The notes below the pieces were generated by a model. That model had not been told where the DNA came from. It saw nothing but the letters and a program-made list of their open reading frames with translations, and searched no databases. DNA of 62,733 nucleotides, the filler included, from Trichosphaerium sp. ATCC 40318 (taxonomy: Eukaryota; Protista; Tubulinea), in the NCBI GenBank assembly GCA_038496445.1. It is 3 parts of 3 records of this genome, joined end to end, with 100 filler letters (N's around TTAATTAATTAA, not from the genome) between each part and the next. Parts side by side here need not be neighbours in the genome. Positions count along the whole stretch, not along the records: positions 53,536 to 62,733 come from JALMLS010000519.1; 2 more parts are not named here. The stretch is one strand, 5' to 3'. Both the position numbers and the translations under genes were made by a program. Shown in pieces: positions 53,436 to 62,733 of the stretch (the stretch's first letter is position 1; each line of letters begins with the position of its first letter).

Positions 53436-53535
53436 NNNNNNNNNNNNNNNNNNNNNNNNNNNNNNNNNNNNNNNNNNNNTTAATTAATTAANNNNNNNNN
53501 NNNNNNNNNNNNNNNNNNNNNNNNNNNNNNNNNNN
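53436..53535. other. Artificial contig linker (N44 + TTAATTAATTAA + N44)
   Basis: Same 100-bp cassette as 29139-29238. Confidence 0.97.
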
Positions 53536-53582
53536 TGCACGTGATAAGTTTTTTCGTTGTACCTTTAGCCTAAGCTTTCTAG

Positions 53583-55156
53583 GTGGTGTATGGGCTTCAG
53601 GATATTATGTACGATGTAGTTGTAGGAGCAGCCAGGAAGTGCAATCAATAGTTGCCTTGTACAAGTTTCGAGACAATGTTAGGCGACAATTGTAGCTGCA
53701 CTTCCGTGACTACAATTAACTTATACGTTGTTGTAACATTGAATTAGAATGATGGAGGAGAGCTGGTTGATGATGTTATTGAGGCAGTAAGACGAGAAGC
53801 AGAATCTTGTGAGAGCCTTGAAGGATTTCAATTTTGTCACTCTACCTGTGGTGGTACAGGATCAGGTATGATGATACATACAATAACAAAATCAACAAAG
53901 CATACTTTACGTGTACACTTAACTTGACAAAGGGATTGGAACTCTGATTATGAGTAAACTGAAGGAAGAATATTGTGATAAAATGGTTGTTTCCTTCTCC
54001 TCGATGATAGCGCCTGACATGCATCCATCACAAGTTACTGAGGCATATAATGTGTATGCTTGTTAGGGTGTACAACTTGATTTAACATTATTTGCCTTAG
54101 TGTTCTTTCAATACAGCAACTTGCAGAAAACGCTGATTTAGTTGTTTGTTTTGACAATGATGCTTTATTTAAAGTTTGCTCTAGACACATTAACCCAGAA
54201 GATATTAACTTTAAGGATATGAATCACGTCGCAGCTTCTTTAATGAGCAATATCACATGTGGCTTAAGGTTTCCAGGTACACCACATAGTGTAATTATTA
54301 ATTTTGTAAATGCGCTTTTGTAGGTTCAATGAAAACTGGGTTAAGAAGGATTGCAACAAACTTGACACCCTTCCGAAAGCTTCAATTTTGTATAGCGAAT
54401 CATGTATCATTTCCACTATCAAAAATTGGTTCTTTAAAAGTAAATGCTCTACCTCAATTAGTACACGAAGCCTTCCAGGCACGTCAAAACATCATGACAT
54501 TTTGAGTTGAAATGCTAACACCTGTTAGCCACAAAACTCTACGACTTGTTGTGACCCTATACAGGGGAAGTACTTGGCAGCTTATGCTATTTTCAGAGGG
54601 TATGGTTGCTCTTTTAATGCCACTATTTAAGATGTTGTGTAGGAAGACAATAAGTGTTTGTGAAGCAGAAAATCATATTTCAAACTTTCATAAAAAGAAT
54701 AGTAAAACGTTTGTTGAATGGATTCCAGACAACATTACAACATCTCACTGTAGTATAACTAGCCCTGGTATGCTTCTAGTCGTTTATTTATTCCTATCTC
54801 ACCTTCATAAACAAATAGGTGACGCTATGAGCTGTACTTTATTCGGAAACTCAACAGCTATACAAACACTCTTCAAAAAAACAACCAAACACTTTGATGC
54901 TCTTTATAGAAGAAATGCTTTTATACATTGGTACGAGGGTACGTGTTTAACACTTTTCTCTCAACTAAATACCTTGTTTTATTTTGCAATAGATTTTGGT
55001 ATACAAAAAGAAGAATTCAACGAAGCACGAGCAACCTTAAACGATTTAATAAATTACTATCAAATGTATCAAGAAGTAAAGTCACATACCTCACAGGATA
55101 TAGAAGATGAAGCGCATGAATATGATGAAGTTTGTAATACCAAAGAATCACAATAA
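53583..55156 (+). CDS. Divergent beta-tubulin, 5' end lost in the gap
   Basis: [50 protein letters not shown]...[62 protein letters not shown] and an acidic tail. Confidence 0.88.
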
Positions 55157-55405
55157 ACTCATGCTATTGTACAGCCAAGGCGATTTCATCAATAGTCACA
55201 CCAATTTCGAAAAGTTTTGACTTCACGTCGTTTGAGTTCAAAGCTAAATGGTTTGAAGTCAACTTACGTCGATTCATTAACAGTACATGCACGTGCTACA
55301 ACTATACAGACTTTTTTGGCTTTTGTGATTAATATAGCTGTCTTGAAAGTAGCTGGAACTAAGTGCACAGAAATAAAACATCTAAAAATACAAACTCTTT
55401 CGAAA

Positions 55406-57949
55406 GGAAGTGTAAGATTTAAGGCATTTTTTCTAACCGCCAAAAATGCTCTCACCATACTTTATCACGTGTAAAGAAACGATTTGTACCATTTATAGTT
55501 CTCAAATACGTGGCGTTGGAATTGTGAATCTAAAGTGAGCAGTAACGCTAGCTTACGCTATTAAAACGTGTGGAAAGCACATTCAGGTACTTTTGGTCTG
55601 TGTTAAATCAAAAATATGTTAAAAACAAAGTAAAGCCACAATAACAGCCAAAATAGTTATAAGATGGATTGCTTGTGCACTTACAAGTGTAGTACAGATA
55701 TTTATTCATAAAAGTCTATTTTTTCAGTTAACAGATTCAACGTTTCTCTGTCTCCATCGTTGTATCTGATGTGCCATTTTTTTGTACGGGCTATATACCT
55801 TGATATCACACCATCAAAGTATGCCCTTTCCAAAGGCCAATAAACACGGATCTGGCTTCCTACTAAGTTGCGACCCCATGGCAGTGGTGGAGCTTCTTTT
55901 CTTGGTTTTTTGGTGTTTGGAACTCCTTTCAAAGATGTGATGCTACTAAACTTGCGTTTTGCTCCCCTCTGAGTAGACAATTGTTTGTATTCAGGACAAG
56001 TCAAACCAATGAGTACTGCAATGACATGAGCACATGCGCCAACTGTTCTAGCTCCAGCTGGACATGTGCAGTAATGAACAACATCTACAATGTCATTTGT
56101 TGGCAAGTGAAGAAACACAGTGTGTCCCTTTGAGCTTTTTTTCCCTTGAGTAAATCGAGATTTTAAGCCTACTATTTTGTAGACTTCATGAAGCTTTATA
56201 GCGTTTTCAACACTTTGTGTAACATCATAGTACTTTCGCTTCATCACTTTAAAATTGATGGCTCCTTCTTCATTGTGGACATGGTAGGCTTTGGCAAGAT
56301 CTATAGCCATACTCCCCACTGCAAGTTGACGTATATCTATTTGAGAGAAAGTAGGTAGCTTTAAAATATCTGGTTTTATGGTTGTTCATCCAGATCTCAT
56401 TGTGGCGGCTTCATGTAAATAGTTGTTACTTATTCCACTTTTAGCAAATATTGTGTTTTTATCCATCTCATCTGTTGGCTGATCCTTCATGATTGGTTTA
56501 AAAAAACAGTTAGTAAGAGCAGCAAGTACATGGATTAGCTGGTGAAGTAGTGGAATGAGATTGGTGTCTATTGTTGTATAAAATCTTCCATTTTTTTAAC
56601 ATGCCAAAAGCTGCTTCAACTACAAATCTAAATCTTGTAACACATCTACTTTCATTGGCTTGTGATGTGTTTAATTGATCTTCTTGGGCATCTTTTGAAA
56701 CAGGTGTGTGTATTTTAAAGTTAAGTAGTTGCATTTTGTTAAAGCCACGATCACCCATAAACTGATCAAAGGAGCTATCAAATTCATTACTAATATTAAG
56801 TTTGTTATTTGATAATATATTGTCCATCATGTCACCATCTCCATGGTTGCCATCAGAAAAGTACAACTCACTAAAATCCCAAAATTTACAATCTGGACAG
56901 ACAAATCCCATAGATTTAAGAAGATTACGTCCTTTGTATGAAGAGAAACTATGTTTTTGGTGTAAAAAGTAAGATGACTTTTGGCAATAAAAATATGTGC
57001 CATCCAAAATCAATCGTACATAAGGGAATACATCTGCAAACAAAGATGAAGTGTGATCTGCTATAATATCTAACCTTGATTGACGGAGGTGCAAAGGAAC
57101 AAAAGATGTTGTCAAGCTTGTGAGTACATGTTGAAAGTGTGCACCAATTGTTGGTGCTGTAACTCCAAAAAAATCTGCTGCTGCTCGAAAAGACAAGCTC
57201 TGCCGACATATAGTTGTAAATTGAAACATGTGCCTAGGTTTGATTTGAGCAATATTACATACATCTTCTATATTTGAGCGTGTAAGACCAGTGATATGGC
57301 TATGGTGCTGTCAGCTATACTAGTAGCAAAACCATAGGTTCGGATTGACTCAGTTTTTGTTTTTTTTCACATTTGAGATGTCAAGTTAGTTAGCATTTGT
57401 GTTATACACTTTGGCACAGACACTGTCATTGTAGTTGTATCTATCATACTGCCAAGCTCTGTTATCGATTTGGTGCCACAGTTTTTACATAATTTATGAT
57501 TTTTTGAATTGACGAATATGCCACAGATTGAAAATAACTCTACTGTCCTTTTTTGTCCTATACTGATTAATTGCCTTTGTTTTAACCTGTTTTTTCTCCC
57601 TTTCAGGGTTTTACAGGCAATACATTGTATAGTAGTTGCACTGGGGACTGTAAACGACTCTAAAGTAGTATGTGATGCCATTCACGTGGTTTTGTTGTAA
57701 AAACGTGATAAAGAAATTCGTTGAAATAGTAACAATTACTGAATGCAGTAAACTGCATAAAAACCACCTAAACATATATTGCAAGCATAGAATACTATGC
57801 TACAGGTAATATTGGCTTGTGTTGTTATTCTTTTTACAATGCCACGTATTTGAGAACTATAAATGGTACAAATCGTTTCTTTACACGTGATAAAGTATGG
57901 TGAGAGCATTTTTGGCGGTTAGAAAAAATGCCTTAAATCTTACACTTCC
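55406..57949 (-). mobile_element. PIF/Harbinger-ISL2EU-Spy (PHIS)-type DNA transposon, 2544 bp, perfect 109-bp TIRs, flanked by AAA and TTT with no TSD
   Basis: 55406-55514 is the exact reverse complement of 57841-57949; flanks cgAAA | GGAAG...CTTCC | TTTga; internal DDE_Tnp_4-like coding sequence. Confidence 0.9.
55702..57681 (-). pseudogene. Fragmented transposase: Cys-rich N-terminus, HTH, DDE (Harbinger/IS5-like), SWIM finger, Tudor domain
   Basis: ORFs 57367-57681 (CxxC...CxxC), 56510-57229 (LILDGTY, FSSYKGRNLLK, GDRGF, RFVVEAAFGMLK), 55702-56319 (YCTCPAGARTVGACAH; LVGSQIRVYWP...YFDGVI...WHIRYNDGDRETLNL). Frame breaks lie between them. Confidence 0.85.
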
Positions 57950-58029
57950 TTTGACTATTTGTCCATTTATTCAACAGCATCAAAACGTTAATATGTATAT
58001 TGTTTACATGGCGTTTAATGTACAAAGAA

Positions 58030-59337
58030 CTAATTACATTGAGCACCCAATGCAACAACAGCAGCTTTTGTACACTTTGTACCAACAATAAAAACTCTAA
58101 AAGCTCCTTCAAGAGCTGATATCCCTTTGTCTGTCACACGAGAGCACCCCATTAATCTTATTGTATGAACACCCGCAAGAGCCCTTATTCCTCTATCTGT
58201 TATCTTGGTACACTTAACTAAGGATATCTCATGTACACCAGCAAGATGAATAACACCTTCATCTGTGATTTCACTACAATCATTCAAGTGAATAGTATGC
58301 ACTCCTGCAAGTGATTTCAATCCGTTATCAGTTACACCTTTACACCAACTCAAATCTATTTTGTGTACTCCTGATAAACATCCAAGCCATGAGTCTTGTA
58401 TGGTTAAACGCTTCAAAGAGATGGTGTGAATACCAGCAGAAAAGGCTGATATTGAAGCAAGAGTTATTTCTTGACACCCACTCAAGTCGAGTACACTTGC
58501 ACCAACAAGAGGTGTTATATCTTCATCTTTTACAGTCAAATCGGATAAGATGATAGCATTTACACCTGATAGTTGTTTTAAATGTTCAACAGACACAAAG
58601 TCGCATTCAGAAATGTCAATTGTGTGAAGACACATTTCACCTGTTCTGTTTTTAGGTCTAGTCAAGTGTTCAAAACAAGAACCATCAATGCCTAAGCAAC
58701 TAAACATAAGTATTGTGTGAGCTCCAGCAAGTGCTTTTACACCATTGTCAGTAAAGTTGCAAGAGCTGATATTTATAGTATGAACACCAGCAAGACATTT
58801 TAATCCTTCATCTGTGCAACGATAACAACTCGAAATATTTACATTGTAAGCACCTGAAATAGCATCCAATGAATCATCTGTCAAATTACCTATACAGCCT
58901 ATATCTATGGTATGTACGCCTGACAAGAATTGTATACCTTTATCTGTAATACGCTTACATATGTATATATCTATTTCAACAACACCAGCGAGTGCCTGAA
59001 GGCACTTATCAGTCACTGCCAAGCGCCTTATTGATAATTTTTTAACACCCGCCAATGAACTTATTTCCTCGTCTGACGCCTTGTATTTCGTTACTGACAC
59101 AAGAGTATTGTCCAACAGCGATTTTTTCTTGATTAAACGCTTTAAGGACTCCGACGACCTTATATCTATTAAACCGTAACCAACGTGTCTGTGGATAATG
59201 TCATAGAACAGCCAACAAGTCTGAGCGACTGGATAGCGTGTTTTATTCGGAGTGTACTCAAAAATGCTAACAATAAGCTCTGTTGCTATTGTTTCAAGGA
59301 AGCAAGGATTTCTGCCATTATAGTGTACACTAGCCAT
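58030..59337 (-). CDS. Intronless F-box-like + leucine-rich-repeat protein
   Basis: LETIATELIVSIFEY...VAQTCWLFY (F-box-like) followed by many LAGVHTIxLSxCxxITDxG repeats; likely start at MASVHY. Confidence 0.85.
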   Translation of the reverse strand: MASVHYNGRNPCFLETIATELIVSIFEYTPNKTRYPVAQTCWLFYDIIHRHVGYGLIDIRSSESLKRLIKKKSLLDNTLVSVTKYKASDEEISSLAGVKKLSIRRLAVTDKCLQALAGVVEIDIYICKRITDKGIQFLSGVHTIDIGCIGNLTDDSLDAISGAYNVNISSCYRCTDEGLKCLAGVHTINISSCNFTDNGVKALAGAHTILMFSCLGIDGSCFEHLTRPKNRTGEMCLHTIDISECDFVSVEHLKQLSGVNAIILSDLTVKDEDITPLVGASVLDLSGCQEITLASISAFSAGIHTISLKRLTIQDSWLGCLSGVHKIDLSWCKGVTDNGLKSLAGVHTIHLNDCSEITDEGVIHLAGVHEISLVKCTKITDRGIRALAGVHTIRLMGCSRVTDKGISALEGAFRVFIVGTKCTKAAVVALGAQCN

Positions 59338-59666
59338 TACCGCAGAGTAATAATCGGAAAAGTGATTTGTAGGTTGCCTTAGTGAACTAGTTAAGGACAG
59401 GAAACAAGTGCATTTAAACCTAGAGTGGGCGCTCAACTGCAATCTGCTGTCTCATTCAAATACAATTGGCTACACCCGCGAATCAGATGCCAAAAACTAC
59501 AAGACTGTACAAATGTTACCAATCCACATGCTTAATCAACAAGTGCACGTGACTTTTCAAAAATAAGAAAAAAAGTACAGTTTGTTGTTGTTGGTAATTA
59601 ATATTTGATCTCACTAACTACTCCTGGTTTACTATTTTGTTTACAACAAAAATACTGTACGACTTT

Positions 59667-60551
59667 TCACAACACATAGCAAGTACTTCTCAATGAGTTC
59701 ACACATTGGACTGTAACAGCAGTATCATCAAGTGATATTACTGCAACACCTATGAGTGATTTGACACCTTCATCCGTTATGCCTTTACAGTTGGTAAGAA
59801 GAATGGTATGAACACCAGAAAGAGCTTTGAGACCTTCATCTGTAACTGACGTTCCAGAAAGACCAATAGTGTGAACGCCAGCAAGTGCTTTGACACCTTC
59901 ATCTGTTATTGAAGTGCTACTAAGATTAATAGTATGAACCAGCAAGTGTGGATACGTTAGTTACTTGAGTACCAGCGAGGTTTATGCTACAAACTCCAGC
60001 AAGATATTTGACACATTCATTTGTTACTGATGTGCCAGAAAGATCAATGGTATGAACACCAGATAGTGCTTTGACTGGATATGAAAGAGTTACCATCAAT
60101 ACTACTGAACAAGCAACTATTAAAACATCAGGCCACTCTACGACATACCATAGTCAAACTTACAGCTTTTGAAGATTATGATGCTGTTGTCTAACAGTTT
60201 TCTGGTGTTCATGCCATTGATCTTATTGACACTCCCGTAACAGATGAATGTATTAAATCTCTTGCTGGAGTTCAAAAGATTAGACTTGAAAAGTGCATGA
60301 ACATAACTGACAAAGGTATACAAGCTCTCTGTGGCGTTCATACAATCAGTCTTTGTGGCACTTTAATAACAGATATATCCAACAACGTCATGAATGATAG
60401 AAGCAAGAAGAAAGCACGTTTGTGCAGCTGCGAACCGTGCTTTTGTGACGTTTCGTAAAATAATATGCGCTAAAATCTCGACAGGAAGGTCTAAAAGGCT
60501 CGCTGGTGAGGAGGGATGTATTGGAGCTAATTCTACAAGTTCTTTTGACAT
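59667..60551 (-). pseudogene. F-box/LRR paralogue disrupted by an internal inversion (60076-60374), a stop and a frameshift
   Basis: Minus strand: LLDLPVEILAHII...AAQTC (60375-60551) and LRRs (59667-60075). The middle part reads on the plus strand: LDMKELPS...VV*QFSGVHAIDL...LAGVQKI...LCGVHTISLCGTLITD. Confidence 0.8.
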
Positions 60552-60971
60552 TGTGTTGTTATCCCAATCAGCGCCACTCAATGCTATTAAGGTAGAAGCT
60601 TTAAGGAGGTATGATGTTTTGATATTGCAGCCTGTACTTAACATATTGAAATATCCAGACAATGTCGTATGTAGGATTGAAATACTGCTATTTATTGTAT
60701 TGCAGCGCTGAGACTTCTTTTTAAAAGGCCACTCCGATTTGTAGCACGTGACTTGGTCAAATCCGTAGAAATATTCTGTTATTAGTAAGCACATTTATTG
60801 TATAAGTCAACCTAAGGTACGAGGATATCACATACTCCATGGCATACATAATGAAAAAATGGATTTATGTTACTACACTACTATCATGGCTTTGAGTGGA
60901 TAAAGAATTTGACCTTGATGAAAAGATTTAATGGACAAAATAATAAAGCTAGCTATCTGAAAAAGGATTGT

Positions 60972-61790
60972 TTAAAACAATCTTGGCCAAAAGTCTATGC
61001 AAGTCCTACTAGTTTTGCATCCTAGGTGTTTAACCATTCTTTGTGTTATTTGTGTACCAGGACAATAAATATAAGTAAGGCATGTTAAATTAATGACACC
61101 GTTATCTGTGATTTGGTTGCAGTCTTTTAGATCAATTTTTCTAACACCAATAAGACTGTTAACTCCTTTGTCAGATATCAATTTACAACCACAAAGGCTT
61201 ATGCATTTAACACCAACCAAGTATTGTAAACCTTTATCTGTCACAAGTGTATCATCAAGAAATATTGTATGCACCCCAGCAAGTGCTTTTAAAGTACTAT
61301 CGTCAACACAATCTATATCTGAAATATCAATTACTTTTACTCCTGCCAATTGTTTTATCACATCATTTATAACTGACTTACAACCAGCAAAGTCAATATG
61401 CTGTACACCTGCAAAACATGACAGAGTATCACTTTGTAGTTGTATACAATTGTAAAGCTCTATCCAAGGTATACCAGCCAAAAGGTTAAACGTGTTGTTT
61501 GATATTTGAGTGCAGTGGCTGAGACTAATTTTTTTGATGTTCTTTGTGATTTGATTTTGTGTTAACAAATACTTTACTCCTTCATCAGTAATGCCTGTAC
61601 AGCTATCAAATGATATTTCTGACTGGCGAAGAAGAGGACTTCCTGAATAATTCACACAATCTTCACTCGATAAAATTGTGATTCTGCTGGGAACGTTGCA
61701 GGTTTTGGACACTTGATTTTTATCAGGACTGCTCTCTGTTGGTATGCTAGTTTGCTCATCGCAACTCTCTTGGTTTGAACCAGAAGGCAT
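60972..61790 (-). CDS. Intronless leucine-rich-repeat protein (same LAGV repeat type, no F-box seen)
   Basis: 272-aa ORF with CTGITDEGVKYL, LAGVHTIFLDDTLVTDKGL, LVGVKCISLCGCKLISDKG repeats. Confidence 0.8.
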   Translation of the reverse strand: MPSGSNQESCDEQTSIPTESSPDKNQVSKTCNVPSRITILSSEDCVNYSGSPLLRQSEISFDSCTGITDEGVKYLLTQNQITKNIKKISLSHCTQISNNTFNLLAGIPWIELYNCIQLQSDTLSCFAGVQHIDFAGCKSVINDVIKQLAGVKVIDISDIDCVDDSTLKALAGVHTIFLDDTLVTDKGLQYLVGVKCISLCGCKLISDKGVNSLIGVRKIDLKDCNQITDNGVINLTCLTYIYCPGTQITQRMVKHLGCKTSRTCIDFWPRLF

Positions 61791-62733
61791 GACTTTTTCT
61801 GTCTCTGAACGACTTAAATAAAGTGGTGAGAATTTGAATCCATATTTTACTTATTAAAAGGAGCTACATGCTCACAGTGCAACACTGCGATTGTAGTGTG
61901 ACATTTTTTATCACTCTACTGGTCAACTCCGTAATTTTTCGAAAAAAAACGTGTTTGCGGTTTTACACGTGCTCAAAAACCGAAATAAACTTTATTCACT
62001 CATTTTGTAATGCAATTAATGTAAATGTGGTAATCTCAGCGTATTTAACGTTTAGATCACACTAACAAGGTTAACGTACTCATTGGTGCTCTCTTTATTG
62101 CTTTTGAGGGAGCCGGTAATGGGTTTTGAACTCATTTGACAGTGCTAGAATATCTAAACACACGGTAAGGATTAAACAAACTTCATATTATGTGTACCTT
62201 GTAATGGTGCTGGATTTGTGTTTTATTAGTGCTAATTATAGGTCAACTTAGTCATAGATGTTAAGTACACACAGTTTTGCATAAGTTTGTAGGTACCCAG
62301 ATGAAGGGAAATGCGTAAGATTAATTTTTACCCATTAATCTGATTTCAGAAAAAACGTTTAAAAATAATTACTTTGTTTATTTTTAGAACGCTTTTCGGC
62401 ACACAAGCCATGTACTGTAAACTCCAAGCAGGTGAAATATAGATTCGCTAATGAAAGATGAGGAATGGTTAAACACATACGTAGAGAGAGTTATTGGGAG
62501 AAGTTATAGAAAAATGTATTAATGAGTATGGTCGGGAGTAACACATACAAAGTCATTCTGCGAGGTATAGGAATGGGTCGTGGAGGAAACAAGAGAGAAG
62601 ATAACTAGTACTTTCAAGGTTATTAGACCCAAAGCTAAAATCATGGCTCAACGTATTAATTGCATTATATCACTTTATTATACAGAAGATATTGCAAAAA
62701 AGACATAAAGCACAAGTGGTCAATTGGAACTTA

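Noticed and set aside
55401-57954. Kolobok or piggyBac assignment (AGG...CCT ends)
   Set aside because: Flanks are CGAA and TTGA, not TTAA, and the transposase motifs are Harbinger/IS5-like.
55264-58091. Two ORFs starting MVRAFLAVRKNALNLTLP as duplicated genes
   Set aside because: They are the two TIRs read outward.
62400-62733. Possible gene start at the window end
   Set aside because: Purine-rich but interrupted by stops, with no recognisable motif.

Overview
AT-rich, intron-dense eukaryotic (protist-like) DNA made of three contigs (1-29138, 29239-53435, 53536-62733) joined by artificial 100-bp N44-TTAATTAATTAA-N44 linkers, so adjacency across the linkers is not reliable. Host genes (multi-exon, short GT-AG introns): macro/WWE PARP-like protein, SPRY protein, aquaporin, TRAPPC11, a small HEAT-repeat protein, a UBA1-like E1 that appears to lack its catalytic Cys, amidase, LOG, IMP3, DCAF8-like WD40, ATAD5/Elg1, ankyrin-RhoGEF, a divergent beta-tubulin and an intronless F-box/LRR cluster, one copy broken by an internal inversion. 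The mobile fraction is the most interesting part. (i) An Ngaro/DIRS-type retroelement is hit by three related non-autonomous foldback elements (CAGG...CCTG termini, 2-bp TSDs AT/TA/CA, one nested in another, two sharing a 52-bp core). (ii) A spliced tyrosine-recombinase gene has a KxxR active-site variant and a C-terminal chromo-shadow-like domain, and is followed by a 68-bp palindrome array and inverted telomere-like repeats. (iii) A Harbinger/ISL2EU-type DDE element with perfect 109-bp TIRs sits Spy-style between AAA and TTT with no TSD and encodes a SWIM finger plus a Tudor domain. All family calls come from reading motifs by eye; no searches were run. Exon boundaries of host genes are approximate.
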